A DNA stretch of 54,179 nt, counting the filler, from Dirinaria sp. TL-2023a (lineage: Eukaryota): assembly GCA_051941275.1 (NCBI GenBank). It is 2 parts of 2 records of this genome, joined end to end, with 100 filler letters (N's around TTAATTAATTAA, not from the genome) between each part and the next. Parts side by side here need not be neighbours in the genome. Positions count along the whole stretch, not along the records: positions 27,177 to 54,179 come from JAVEBF010000152.1; 1 more part is not named here. The stretch is one strand, 5' to 3'. Under the pieces are notes generated by a model. It was not told the origin of the DNA. It searched no databases and worked only from the letters and a program-made list of their open reading frames with translations. Position 1 is the first letter of the stretch; every line of letters begins with the position of its first letter. A program made the position numbers and the translations under genes. This document shows, one piece after another, positions 34,222 to 46,900 of this stretch.

Positions 34222-35742
34222 TCATCGTCGTCTGAACAAACTGATCCAACGTGACTGCTGGACTCCAAATTTTAAGAACGACATCCATCCTAGCCCACCA
34301 AGGAGTGCCATGACCGTTGCCAACCCTCCCACCAGCAATCTGGTCTGATTTGCCACAGCCTTCTCAACATCACTATACCGCTGATTCTCAAAGGAGACTC
34401 GAGTGTACTGTGTACTAAAGCCAGACGCCGGTATATGCACACTCAGTTTCTCCTCGACATACTTCCTGAGCTTATACGAATGCGATGTAACACTCGACCG
34501 CATCTCCTCATAGTTCTGCAATGCGAGGTCATTGATCGCAAAAGCGTCTGGTGTACGCTGGTCCGTATATTTTGCTAATGCGCCCTCTCTGGCAGCCTTC
34601 CGTTGATCTATGCTAGTGGTGGAGGCGCTGTAGACTTCATGACTGTCAAGTATATCGAAAAGCACTCTAACGTCTTCCAAGCCAGCGTTCATTCCTTGGC
34701 CATAAAATGGGACCATGGCATGTGCAGCATCTCCCAAGATCACAGCACTTGACTTGTAATGGTACGGCGTACATTTGATGGATATCAGTGGGAGGTGCGG
34801 ATTTTCTTTGAATTGTTTTTGCAGCTCAGTCGAAGCAATGAGCCCTGGACAGACTCCTGGGAAGTACTTCTCGAAGAAAGGCTCAAGTTCCCTGTCAGGA
34901 TGCGCGGAGAGAGATTCAAAATGACTTGAAGGTGCAAAAAGCGTACAGGTGAACGATTGATCAAGAGAGGGAATGGCAATGAACATGAAAGAGCCTGCTG
35001 GCCAGATATGAAGATGATTTGGCGAGATTGCAAATGACCCATTGGGTTGTTTTGGCTCGATTTTAAATTCACACCAGAGTGTATCAATGTACTCCTGCTG
35101 ATAGCTAAGTCGAGCATACTTCATCATGTGATAACGTGCTGCAGAATGGGCGCCATCAGCGCCTATCAAGAGGTCGAATTTCACGGAAAGTTCCTTAGGT
35201 CGGTCGGAGTCCTGCTTCCCATCTTGCGTAGGGTTCTGAGCGTGGTCAGTTCTTGCAGAAGCCTCTCGCCGCTCAAACCATGCTGTGTTACTGTTGAAGT
35301 TGGCGCCTGTTAACTTGTGCCCAAAAAAGAACCTGACATTCGGCAGCTTCTCAAGAGCATCTAAAAGGCGCTTGTTGAGCCCTGCCCGATCTACCGCTCG
35401 GATGTATCGGCCTCGGGCATCGTATGCTTGGGGTTCTTGGAACAAGTGCCCATCCTTCCCTCGTCCGTGAATCATACGGCCATGCATTGGGATGGTCTCT
35501 TGTAGCACGCTCTCTAACAGTCCATCACTCTTCGCATTTCTCATCGAATTTATTCCCCTCTCTGAAAGAGCCAAATTAATTGACCTCGTAAAGTTTAGCG
35601 GCGTTGTTGTGGGATCCCTAAGATCACTTCGCAGCTCATATATCTCAACCTCGTCCCCTCGACCAGCAGCGTACAGGGCAGCAAGGGCACCCACAGGTCC
35701 AGCGCCTACAACGACAACTTTCTGCGCTCTCATCGAGTCCAT
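34222..35742 (-). CDS. BNA4: Kynurenine 3-monooxygenase
   Basis: [13 protein letters not shown]-binding motif, [46 protein letters not shown] and a C-terminal TM anchor. Intronless. First ATG at 35742. Confidence 0.96.
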   Translation of the reverse strand: MDSMRAQKVVVVGAGPVGALAALYAAGRGDEVEIYELRSDLRDPTTTPLNFTRSINLALSERGINSMRNAKSDGLLESVLQETIPMHGRMIHGRGKDGHLFQEPQAYDARGRYIRAVDRAGLNKRLLDALEKLPNVRFFFGHKLTGANFNSNTAWFERREASARTDHAQNPTQDGKQDSDRPKELSVKFDLLIGADGAHSAARYHMMKYARLSYQQEYIDTLWCEFKIEPKQPNGSFAISPNHLHIWPAGSFMFIAIPSLDQSFTCTLFAPSSHFESLSAHPDRELEPFFEKYFPGVCPGLIASTELQKQFKENPHLPLISIKCTPYHYKSSAVILGDAAHAMVPFYGQGMNAGLEDVRVLFDILDSHEVYSASTTSIDQRKAAREGALAKYTDQRTPDAFAINDLALQNYEEMRSSVTSHSYKLRKYVEEKLSVHIPASGFSTQYTRVSFENQRYSDVEKAVANQTRLLVGGLATVMALLGGLGWMSFLKFGVQQSRWISLFRRR

Positions 35743-36095
35743 TGTAGACAATACGAGACAGCAGGTAAAATTGAAAAATGCTTCTCAATAGAAATATGAA
35801 ATATGATGATCTGAAGAGGTTCTAGAACGAACCTTTCTTGTGGCAACTCAGCCAACAAAAATCGCCAGGCGGCGCCAAGACCTCGGTCTGTGATGCTTGT
35901 AGGGCTGAACGCCGTAAAGGAAGCGAAGCGAGCTGGCTTCGAAGAATCGTCGGCCTTGAACAGCAAGCTGATTATACCTAGGCTACTAATTCTAGAGCCA
36001 TCTATTAACAACGAAGGCTGTCGGAAGAGATTGAAATTGGAACAGATTCTGCAGGCGCTTTCGATCCTTCCCCACCACCCTCCACATCAACCACA

Positions 36096-37498
36096 ATGGC
36101 AGCGCTGGAGCCTGTCAAGAAGTCATGCATGGGCGTCGACTGCCCGAATGAAGCTGGGACACTGCAGTGTCCGACGTGTCTGAAGCTGGGAAAAGAAAGC
36201 ACCTTCTGCTCGCAGGACTGCTTCAAGAGGAGTTGGGTATGCTACCTTGTGCCCTCGTAAGGTACAAACGCAGGTCAGGCGACAGAAAAGAAAACATCCA
36301 AGGCGCTGACGAATAGAGAGTTACATAGTCAGAACATAAAGTCCTACACAAGACCAGCACCTGTATATACATCTCTCGCTTATTTCCCCCGGCGACAGAA
36401 GAGACGTGAAGAATAGATTCGCTGACGAGTGTGACATATATACAGCTGCGCAATTCTACAATCCTTTCCCGAGTTTCTCCTATACCGGCCCTTTGAGACC
36501 CGTCTATCCGCTCTCGCCCAGAAGAGCAGTCCCAGACTCGATCAAGAAGCCCAACTACGCCACGGCCGCGGATGGGAACCCAAGATATAGCTTCTTAGGG
36601 CGGAATAATATCCCGATCTTGGACAAGAAGCAGCAAGAGGGCATGCGGAAAGTATGCCGCTTATCGCGAGAAGTCTTAGATGTCGCCGCAGCAGCCATCA
36701 AGCCCGGAGTCACGACTGACTACATTGACGAAGTCGTACACAAAGCGTGTCTGGAACGAGATGTAAGACCTCCCGACACGCATGAGATATCTCACCACCA
36801 ATCCATATACTAAAGCAGTCTTCCAGGCGTATCCGTCGCCCCTAAATTACAACCGCTTCCCCAAATCCGTTTGCACTTCCCCCAACGAAGTCATCTGCCA
36901 CGGCATCCCCGACAACCGCCTGCTTCTCGACGGCGACATCCTCAACCTCGACGTATCGCTCTACCACGGCGGTTTCCACGGCGATCTCAACGAGACCTAC
37001 TACGTGGGCGACAAGGCTCTGGCGGACCCTTCGTCCGTTCGCGTCGTCGAATGCGCCCGCCAATGTCTTGCCGAGGCGATCAAGCTCGTCAAACCGGGCA
37101 TGGCGTTCCGCGATCCCGGAAACACCATCGAAAAACACGCAAAATCCCAGAAGTGCTCGGTGATCAGGACGTATTGTGGGCACGGCATCGGGCAGTTGTT
37201 TCACGGCGCGCCGAATGTGCCGCATTATGCGAAGAACAAACAAGTCGGGGTGGCGAAGCCGGGGATGTGCTTTACCATTGAGCCGATGATTAGCTTGGGA
37301 ACCTACAGGGATAAGACGTGGCCGGACGATTGGACTAGTGTCACGATAGATGGAAGCCGGACCGCGCAGTTCGAGCATACGTTGATGGTTACGGAAGATG
37401 GGTGCGAGATTCTGACAGCGAGGAAGGAGGACAGTCCTGGCGGCCCGGTGGAGATGCCGAAGGAAGGGGGCGGAGACGGGGCAGTTAATGGGAAGTGA
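36096..37498 (+). CDS. MAP1: Methionine aminopeptidase 1, 387 aa, 4 exons (36096-36236, 36329-36362, 36446-36762, 36827-37498)
   Basis: N-terminal zinc finger [24 protein letters not shown], then [39 protein letters not shown] and AQFEHT. Confidence 0.95.
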
Positions 37499-38330
37499 AT
37501 TTGAAGGAATGTTCATAATTCTGTAGGTAGAATCTTGACGCTCGCCTTCAGCAACAAAGCCTTTGGTTGAGTTCTTGCTCGCAGAGGAAGACCCCTCAGA
37601 TGGAGAGACCTCTGGTCGGATTCTCCTTTCAGTGGGCAAGGAATGTATGCTTAACCAAGAAGCAGCTACGCAAGAGCTCGTAATTGCATGTTAAGGTATT
37701 CCAATTAGACATCCTTCAAGATTTACAGATCACCTACCCTCTTAGCAAAGAATCTAAACTAGGACCCTCCTGGCGCGGCGTATTGAATCGCCTTCTCTAT
37801 ATTGATCCTGCAATGGCTCGAGCTTCCGTCTGAAGCTAGTAATACTCAAGATCTGCTGTGACATGCGGCCTTGGGTGTAAGACCCTCACCGTTTATCGAG
37901 CATCGCCATATGCCGAGCGAACGAAAGGTACCTGTATGCATTCTATTTACGAGGTGATCTGATCGGCCTGCCAGAGAAATCTTTGCAGATTTAGCGTCGA
38001 CTCCTGCTTTGAGGCGGGCGCTTGATGCTGCACCGCTAAGGCTAGCGCATTGGCCCAGTCTTGAGACTACTGCGTTTCGTCGAACATATCAGGATTCGGG
38101 AGTGGAGACCTCCGACTGGGTCGAGTTTGAAGTCCCTGCGGTAGTGGTCTAAGATAGACATGAGCACGAGGAAGCCGAAGGCCATCCAGCATCGAAGGAT
38201 CTTTGGCAATCTCAGATAGTGCTTTGATGGGATGAATCTGCGGGTTCGCTGCTATCGGTTTCGCTGGTATGACGATCGATAGCACATGGAAGAGGATTCT
38301 GATTCGCGTTGAAGCTTGAAAATCCCTTCG

Positions 38331-40393
38331 TTACCGGCTGAGTTTCTTCTCCCTTATGTACCCTGTCCGACCATATTAGCTTTCTTCCCTTCTACATGTT
38401 ACATTGTGCTCACAGCTGCTTAGGGCTGCAAAGAATACTATGCCGAGCATGAGGCCAATGCCAGCTCTGGTAGCGGCTCCATAACATCTGCGTACGATTT
38501 CCAGAGTGGCTGGGTCTAATTCCTTCAGGTAGTCCAAGCTCTCTCTTACTCTCTTGACAAGATTCGCAGCATCTCTGTCGCTCTTTAGCTGTTCACTAAG
38601 TTGCATGCGCAATGATTGTTGCACGACTGTGGCACTCAACGACAGACCGACGACTGATCCTAGCGACCGAAATAGGTAAGAACACGCAGTGACTACGGCT
38701 TGATCTTTTGGCGCAACATTGGCAATCAGAGCGATCAGAGAGGTTGTGACACCAATCCCGTTAGAGAATCCACAGACTGTCAAGCCTACAGCAATACCGT
38801 AGGTGTTATTGACTACCAGGCCAGTGCAGAGGAGAATGGGTATCATGCCAAGAGTGAGACCAGTGTAAGCAGTGACAGTAAGCCAATAATACTTCCCTGT
38901 TCGCTTCATAACGAAGCCGCCGAATAATGAACCCGAAACCCCAGCAACAATTGCGGGTAAGAGGCGAACACCAGCTTGAGTCGCTGTCAAACCGTCTGGT
39001 GCGTGTCAGCGACGGCATAATCCTTGACTGTCATGACGACGAGTGAACTCACCGCTCGCTTGGAAGAACAAAGGAACATAGAAAAGCGCCGAGAGCCACC
39101 CTCCAAAGCTAAAGAAATTGCACAGATAGCAGGCGAACAAGCTTCTCTCGAATATAATCCGTCCAGGAGCAAACGGTTCGGCTGCTAGCCTTAATTCGAC
39201 TAGTAGGAAAAGGGCGAACAACGGCAATGCTAGACATAAAGGTACGATTGCGATGGGGGCTCTCCAGGAGAAATTGCTACCCCGATCAAGGCCAAGGAGC
39301 AGAGTGAAGACAGCGCAGATGAGTACAAAAGCACCCAAGAAATCTACTCGGCGGAGTTTGACTCTCCAATCGCTATCTTCTCTTTTCGGAAGCTTGAGCG
39401 AGAAGGCGACAGCAACGAAGGCGACGATACATAATGGAGCTTGCCCGATGAAAGACCTTCACCATGGTCAGTACAAACTTTAGCTGACCAGCACTGATTT
39501 ACCATTGCCACCCAACAGAGTCAGCCAAGAAGCCGCCTGAGCACGCAGCCATTAGCAATGAATCAACGCACCATCAACGTCGACCATACCCAGCGGAGCG
39601 CCACAACCAGCGCCAAACGCATAGATGATGTTGATCACACCTTGCCACACGCCTCGTTCCCGGAGAGGCACCACATCACTCATCAATATAGAGACAACGG
39701 TTGTCATTCCACCTCCTCCTATGCCAGCAAACATCTGTCCATTGTCAGCCCCGGATCTTATTTCCACCATTGGCACATTGTACCCTTGCAGCAACAAGTT
39801 CATTCATAGTTCTGGCCAGCCCACAGAATAGGCAACCCGTGCCAAATACTGCGTAACCGAAGAGAAGCGCCGGTTTTCGCCCGAATATGTCACTCAACTT
39901 GCCATACAAAGGCTGGAAGGTGGTAAGGGTAAGGAAATAGCTGAAACTCGTGTTAGATTGTGCATTGAATACTGCCCGCTCGCTCACCTGGTTGCGATCC
40001 AAGAAGTCTTGTTTAGCGCGTTGAGATCGCTCCCGATCTTGCCATAGCTGCTGACGATTATCGTCTGATCTGCGGCAGACAGAAATACCTAAGATCGATG
40101 AGCAAATTTACTGTTCCCGTGCTTACTGAATCGCTTACTCCAATAGCTATTGCTGGCACAATAAACTTGAACTGTTTCTTTACTTCGGGCATGCCCTCGT
40201 GTTGGCCGTGTCTGTCCTTGGCATCTGGTTCCTGTACATCTTCTGCTGGCTTGCTAGAGCCGTTGGCATGACCATTGCCCTCGACTCTAGGGGGCAGGCC
40301 TCTATTGAGCGCATCATTAGGCTTAGGAAAGTCGTCATCAGCTTTAGTAAGCAAGGGAGATGTTTCGGAGAAAGATTCATTATCGATGGCCAT
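38331..40393 (-). CDS. MFS transporter, DHA2/Vba-like, 569 aa, 8 exons
   Basis: VFLSAADQTII, motif A LYGKLSDIFGRK, DVVPLRERG and RVDFLG; N-terminal ETSPLL dileucine signal. Introns 40089-40138, 39941-39987, 39735-39783, 39537-39589, 39457-39502, 38996-39052 and 38363-38413 give 1710 nt in frame. Confidence 0.9.
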
Positions 40394-40675
40394 CACGGAG
40401 TAGAGATTGAGGTGAAGTCAAGATTGATTTTCTGGATTCTCCGGATCCAGATGAACGGGAATAACCCCGCTGTCGCAGGCGAGCTGGCATGACTCACACA
40501 CTCAGAAGTAAGACTGATACTGTAAAGTCTTATTATCTAAGTAGTAGGTAGTCTAAAAGGACGGAGTAGCTCGGGCACGGAATTCCATCTTCCTATGACC
40601 TATATACAGTATATGTCCTAGCGTAATCAGCGCCAATATTGAGCTTTTTAGGTTGTCGAGTCTCTCTAAAGGCAA

Positions 40676-40753
40676 GCTACCTTACCTAGGTGGGCTACCT
40701 TCGGCGGGCTACCTTAGGTGGGCTACCTTAACCTTCGGCGGGCTAGGCGGGCT
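40676..40753. repeat. 14-bp minisatellite T(A/C)GG(T/C)GGGCTACCT, three full and two partial units
   Basis: taggtgggctacct (40687), tcggcgggctacct (40701), taggtgggctacct (40715), tcggcgggct (40735), aggcgggct (40745). Confidence 0.85.
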
Positions 40754-41218
40754 TTGTGGCTGCCCCAAGCTTTACCTAAGGTAAGGTAAAGTACCTGGAT
40801 TTAGGTAGCAAGTTATTGGGCCACCAAGCGTTCTCTCGGAAATCTCCGCGCTCATCGCGGTAGCCAGGACTATTGATGTCATCCTACATGTATTTCCGCC
40901 CCAGGCTTACACCTTCACAACCTAACGATATTCAGAGCTGGACCACAAAGTACTTGGCTACAAAGTAGTAGAATACCGCTATTTATCATCAAAAGACCGT
41001 CAGCCCTGACTCGAAGCCGTGATTTCAGGAAGCGGTCAAATTGAGACATCTTGCGCTTGGCTTATTACTGTGGTATCTGCGGCTCACTTCATCAGAGATC
41101 ACACCAATTCTGGGAAAATCAAATTGGAGACCTTTTGATACCCTAGATAGCTTCTGTGAAACCCTGAAGATCGAAGACTTCTTACATTCCTGCGCTAGCT
41201 GAGCGCAGTACTGCTTCA

Positions 41219-41920
41219 ATGGGTCCACCAATTGCCTCCTCGCCACGGACCATCACACCCAAAGAACTGACAAGTTTAGAATTCCTCCCCTTTGGGTATG
41301 TCATTGAGAGTCCACTGTCCTCCGGTGTCAATTCAATGCCAGAAGAATTTCCACGATCAGCTCCGGAATTCGCTCGGGCAAATCAAGGCACGGCTCTCAA
41401 GGCTTCGCCTGTATCTCCGTGGGTAGACAAGTACAGCGAAAGCTCCAATCACGCCACCAAACAACCCACCGTGAGCATGTTCACGTGTTTTCCACGAGGA
41501 TTAGTTCAAGACAAGGAGCGTGGGTCTCCTGTCTTTCCCGTTCAAATACTTGAACGTCATCCCTATACAACGCAGACGTTTGTTCCCATGGGGCTTTCTC
41601 CTGGCGATGAGTCAACCAAGTACCTAGTTATTGTCGCACCTTCTAAACAGCCCACAAATGGTTTCCCGCGTCAAGGGCCGCCGGATCTAGCAGATGTGCG
41701 TGCTTTTATAGCATGTGGTCGACAAGCGGTCACATACGGGGCAGGAGTATGGCACGCACCTATGGTCGTACTAGGTGAGAAGAGGGTCGACTTTGTAGTC
41801 GTGCAAACTACGAATGGCGTCCCGGAGGATGACTGCCAAGAAGTGGATGTACAAGGTGGCACGTTGGCCATCAATTTAAAAAATGTCTCGAGAATTGCCT
41901 CCAGGAATGCAAAGCTGTAA
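41219..41920 (+). CDS. DAL3: Ureidoglycolate lyase/hydrolase
   Basis: FLPFGYVI, ANQGTA, LERHPYTTQTFVPMG, YLVIVAP and QAVTYGAGVWHAPM. Ends in AKL, a PTS1-like peroxisomal signal. Confidence 0.93.
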   Translation: MGPPIASSPRTITPKELTSLEFLPFGYVIESPLSSGVNSMPEEFPRSAPEFARANQGTALKASPVSPWVDKYSESSNHATKQPTVSMFTCFPRGLVQDKERGSPVFPVQILERHPYTTQTFVPMGLSPGDESTKYLVIVAPSKQPTNGFPRQGPPDLADVRAFIACGRQAVTYGAGVWHAPMVVLGEKRVDFVVVQTTNGVPEDDCQEVDVQGGTLAINLKNVSRIASRNAKL

Positions 41921-42947
41921 CTTCAGTTTGCGTGCGATCTTAAGACCGCTTCTACTATGAGTATGGAATATGAAGATAGCTCGAAAAGCCTCAAAATCGC
42001 CTATAAAACCTCTCGAAATTGGGACGAGATTGCTCACCCAATCGGCTCAACGTAAAATTACAAGCAAAACATCCAGGATCTCGTTGTCGTAACCGGTCAT
42101 GAACCTATTCCAAGCTCCTTCCGTTGTCGAGCTCCGAGCTTAGAATATGGAACATTATTTGACGTGTATCTAATACCCTAAAGTATAGTATTTTATTAGT
42201 TAAAGGGATTTTCATTGAATGCTATCATGATATCATCCGTGGCAGGGCTACGTTGTGATGATCTCTTTGAAGTTTTTAGGAACAGTGTACGCTGCGCAGA
42301 ACGCAATCAATGGAACGATACCATATTCATTTTCCTTTCTGCTCGTGATAGCTCTTTCGATGTTCTCCCCGCGGCTGCTATAACTTTGCTGTTTTGTCGA
42401 ATCGTCTATAGCTCTTCGTCGGTGAATTGATCTACTGGCATTTCGTTTTATATTCTTCGTTACGAGTTGCTGATGGGTTTGGTACTGGACCCTACTAGAG
42501 CATGAATATCATGGTGTAAGTTTTTGCGTCAGCTGGCGAAATTAGTTGACCTTTTACAGCCAATTTTGCCGGCGCAGTGTCCGGACAGGGGATGATTGAG
42601 CATCGGGTGCACTAATAGCAGCGAAATAGAGGCCGCGGCACCGAGCCTGGCTAGGATTCAGGAACAGACAAGTAACAGAGCCCAGTATTGAGCAACGAAG
42701 AGCATGAAGTCACTGAACTCGCCAGTATGTGGATACAGGTAAGGGACACAAATTCGCCATGGCAGAAGCTAATGAGCATACTACCTTCGTCGACATGATT
42801 TGAGGGAACACACGTGTGTGATTGGTTTCGCCAAGGGGGGTTTGCTTGATTGAAGCGTGCTTCAATTGGTCTTGAACGTGATACAAATTCCCCTTATCGT
42901 GATCCGCCCGCTATGCAAGCCAATACCCATCTCTTCTCTTTTCGTCC

Positions 42948-43588
42948 TCATCCCATCTTTGCATTTGAGAAATCCATCTCCGGATGCTGTTCCTGGAACT
43001 TCTTCAGCATGTCCATCTTCTTCTCCTCATCACTCGTCGGCTTTCCCATCTCCTTTTGCCGTTGATCGTACATCATCTTCTCGACCATTCCCCTCGTTTC
43101 TCCATCCAGATCCCCCAATTTGCTGTTTTCGGGCACGATCTTCGAGGTATCGATCTTGTAGGGGGTATTCGTAGTCACGGCATCCCACCACTCCATCTTG
43201 TTCACTTTGTCGAGGTGGATGCTGATTTCTTTACCAGATGGAACGGTTTCGAGTGTCCACGTCGATTCATCGGCGTGGATTTCTTTGGTCAAAGGACCCT
43301 GCATGCGGCATCAGCACCATGGTCGAGGAGAAGTAACTGCAGGACTGGGTAATGAGCACGGACGTCGATGAAAGGGTCTTGGCCTTTCAGGGCGACTTTG
43401 AGCTTGGTTTTGGTTAGGACGACGTCTAGGTCGCGGCTCTTGATGTTTCCTGCAATGGGAATGGCGATGTCTACATCTTGTATCGATTGGTTCCACTTGT
43501 ATGGCAGCCTGGCTTGCTCCTCATCCTGCTTCTTCTTGGCCTCGGCGTCCTTTTTCTCACGTTCCTCAGGGCTTGGTGATGCAGGCAT
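42948..43588 (-). CDS. nudC: Nuclear movement protein NudC, 191 aa, 2 exons (43588-43364, 43298-42948)
   Basis: [58 protein letters not shown] and QHPEMDFS. Intron 43299-43363. Confidence 0.95.
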
Positions 43589-43825
43589 TTTGATAACAGC
43601 ACCGGGACCTCACTTGGGGTCATGGAATAGCGCTAGCCCTAGGAGAAGGATTCCTGAGTTGATCAAATATCCTCTGAAGCTCCTCCAGTACAGCCGGTTG
43701 GTGCACATTCTTCAGCCTTACCAATCGGCTATTCCCCGCCGATAGCCGCCTTACGGTCAATGACGCTAAACTCTTCAAGGCTCAAGGGCTCCTGCGGGTC
43801 TCCTATGTACCTTGGGCTCGCTGGA

Positions 43826-43850
43826 TTCGCGTGACGTCGCGTCACGTCGC
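43826..43850. promoter_or_regulatory. Tandem MCB-like TCGCGT sites within an inverted repeat in the nudC/MSH6 divergent promoter
   Basis: TTCGCGTGACGTCGCGTCACGTCGC contains two TCGCGT cores 10 bp apart and CGTGACG-3nt-CGTCACG, about 100 nt upstream of the MSH6 ATG. Confidence 0.45.
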
Positions 43851-43944
43851 TCTCGGATCTTCTAAATTTCGTTCATCCGAACCCCGTGTTTTGCTTCTCA
43901 TGAATCCTTTGTGTACATTATCGTTCTTTTCCGTATAAGGTGCA

Positions 43945-46900
43945 ATGGCTGGTCCCTCGAGAAATTCGAGGGCTTCCCCAGCAAATAATCCCCTTTCACT
44001 GAAGAAGTCCAACTCTGGGTCCCAATCTAACATGAGTCAAAAATCGATTGCTAGTTTTTTCTCCAAGAGGTCTGCAGAGGGCGCAGCAGCAAAAGTCATT
44101 GTGCCTTCGAGGCCTGCGAGTACGTCTCAATCAGTCAATGGCGCTAAGGAGCCAAGCTTACCGCTGAATCCAGTGAAAGGCTCAAGCCAAAGCCTCACAC
44201 CGGCACCCAGCAGCGATCCCATCGAGGAAGACGACGAAGAAAGCGTTGCTCCTGCAAAGACGAATGGGACCAGCGCGGCGAATCCATTGCCATCACCCAT
44301 CACACCAGCCAATGGTGTGCCTGCTCAACGACCCTCCGCCACTGTTAACAGCTCATCGCTGAATTTCAATAGTCCCTCACGCAAGGTGAGCATGCAGTCA
44401 TTGCTCCTTCTATGACGTTCGCGTTGGTTGACAAGTCTTATTATAGGTGAAGAAGGTGATCAATTACGCTGAAAGTGGCAGTGAGGAAGAGGACGAAGAT
44501 GTCTTCAAGCCGGCGCCTGCGAGCAGGACTAGGGGCCGGGCATTGAAGCGAAGAAAAATTAGCCCACTTGATGACGAAGACGGATTCCCAGAAGGGTCGG
44601 AAGACGAATTTGGTTCAATCGATGAGGGTGAGCCCCCCAATTATTGGGCTGTCCGGATGAAACTTACAGAGCATGTCCAGATGACTTCATCGTACCGGAC
44701 GATTCGGAAGAAGAGGCTCCGCGGCCTAAGAAGCGGAAGCGGCCCTCAGCACCCAAATCAATATCACGCAGCTCGCCACCTAATGCGCTATCTGATGACG
44801 ACGCCGCTTCGAGCCCAGTTGCAAAGTCTACAGCCCAACAATGGTCTTACGATCCGGACAACATCCAACCACTGCAACCTAGACCTGTGAATGCGATGCC
44901 GAAAAAGTCTAATTCCTCGAACAAAGAGTGGAAGAAAAAGGCTCATGCAACCGAGCCAGAGCAGCGGTATCCCTGGCTTGCGAATATCACTGATGCGGAT
45001 AGAAACCCACCAGGACATCCGGACTATGACCCAAGAACAGTCTACATACCTCCACTTGCTTGGGATAAGTTCTCGCCCTTCGAGAAACAGTATTGGGAGA
45101 TCAAGCAGAAGTTCTGGGATACCATTGTCTTTTTCAAGAAGGGCAAGTTCTACGAGCTATATGAAAATGACGCTACTATAGGTCACCAGCTTTTCGATCT
45201 CAAGCTTACAGACCGTGTGAATATGCGCATGGTAGGTGTCCCTGAGATGAGTCTAGATCTTTGGGCGAATCAATTTGTTGCAAAGGGGTACAAGATCGCT
45301 CGGGTAGACCAGCGAGAGTCAGCATTGGGCAAGGAGATGCGGGAGAAGGCCGACAAAGCGGGCGATAAGAAAGGAGCAAAAGGAGCTAAAGACGACAAGG
45401 TTATTAAACGCGAGCTTGCCTGCGTTCTGACTGGTGGGACGTTGGTCGATGCTGGAATGCTACAGGATGACATGTCCACATATTGTGTGTCTATCAAAGA
45501 GTCAGAGGTCGGTGACCAGCCTGCGTTCGGGATTGCTTTTGTCGATACTGCTACAGGCCAGTTTCACCTGACCGATTTCGTGGATGATGCAGACATGACC
45601 AAGTTCGAAACCTTTATCGCTCAGACCAGACCCCAGGAACTTCTATTAGAAAAATCGCATGTCTCCGCGGCGGCCATGAGAATTTTGAAGAACAACACGA
45701 ACCCAACCACCATATGGAATCATCTGAAATCAGGGAAAGAGTTCTGGTCAGCTGATATTAGCTGTCGCGAACTCGACGCAAGCAGTTATTTCGTTGCAGA
45801 AGGGCGTAGTAATGTCGAGACGTGGCCTCGAACGCTGCGTGAGGCTCGAGAAAAGGAAATTGTCATGTCAGCTTTCGGTGCCCTAGTGCAGTATCTTCGG
45901 ACCCTGAAGATTGATCGAGACCTGTTGACTATGGGAAACTTTGAGTGGTACGATCCAATAAGGAAAGCAAGCAGCCTGGTGCTAGACGGAAAGACTTTGA
46001 TCAACCTAGAAGTCTTCGCCAACTCGTTTGACGGAGGTCCTGACGGTACCCTTTTCTCGCTTCTTAATCGTTGTATAACACCTTTTGGAAAGCGAGAATT
46101 CAAGCAATGGGTCTGCCACCCTCTAATGGACGCTGCACGAATCAACCTCCGTCTTGATGCAGTCGAATCACTCAATGCCGATGGGACTGTTCGAGATCGA
46201 TTCACTTCTCAGCTCACTAAGCTGCCCGATCTAGAGAGAATGATTTCTCGTATCCATGCCGGTAGCTGCAAACCTCAAGATTTTGTCCGAGTTCTCGACG
46301 GCTACGAGCAAATCGAGTACACCATGAGCCTCCTCCAGGGTGTTGGCTCGGGCGAAGGCCTCATTGGTCAACTCATCTCGAATATGCCCGACTTACGATC
46401 GATCCTAGAGCCCTGGAAGACGGCTTTTGATCATACTAAAGCGAAAGAAGAGGGTCTTTTGATTCCGGAACGAGGCGTAGAGGAAGACTTTGATGCGAGC
46501 CAGGACTACATTGAGCAAATCATGGTGGAATTGGACGATCACCTCAAGGAAGTTCGTAAAGCTCTTGGGTCTAGCGCCATTGTCTTCCGCGACAACGGCA
46601 AAGAGATCTTCCAGCTCGAAGTCCCTGCCAAAGTCAAATCCATTCCCAAATCCTGGAACCAGATGTCAGCAACCCAGAAATGCAAGCGCTATTACTCTCC
46701 TGAACTCCGTGTCTTGGTCCGGAAGTTGCAAGAGGCCCGAGAAACTCATGGTCAAATTGTCAAAGACGTATCCGGTCGCTTTTTGGCACGATTTGATGCT
46801 CAATATACCACCTGGCTCGCTGCTGTGCGCATTGTGGCGCAACTTGACTGCCTCATCTCGCTCGCCAAAGCGTCTTCCACGATGGGGCAACCCTCCTGCC

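Noticed and set aside
7793..35742. Aromatic-amine or kynurenine gene cluster (isochorismatase-like + NAT + kynurenine monooxygenase)
   Set aside because: The genes are separated by unrelated housekeeping genes and by the artificial linker, and there is no backbone enzyme or regulator.
36842..37639. 265-aa antisense ORF over MAP1, and similar ones over MSH6 and VPS13
   Set aside because: Explained by codon bias on the sense strand.
20977..41920. Horizontal transfer of the intronless NAT, BNA4 or DAL3 genes
   Set aside because: All look like ordinary fungal family members, and lack of introns alone is not evidence.
42210..42520. Possible gene relic on the minus strand (MPVDQFTDEEL*TIRQ..)
   Set aside because: Too short and interrupted, with no family I can recognise.
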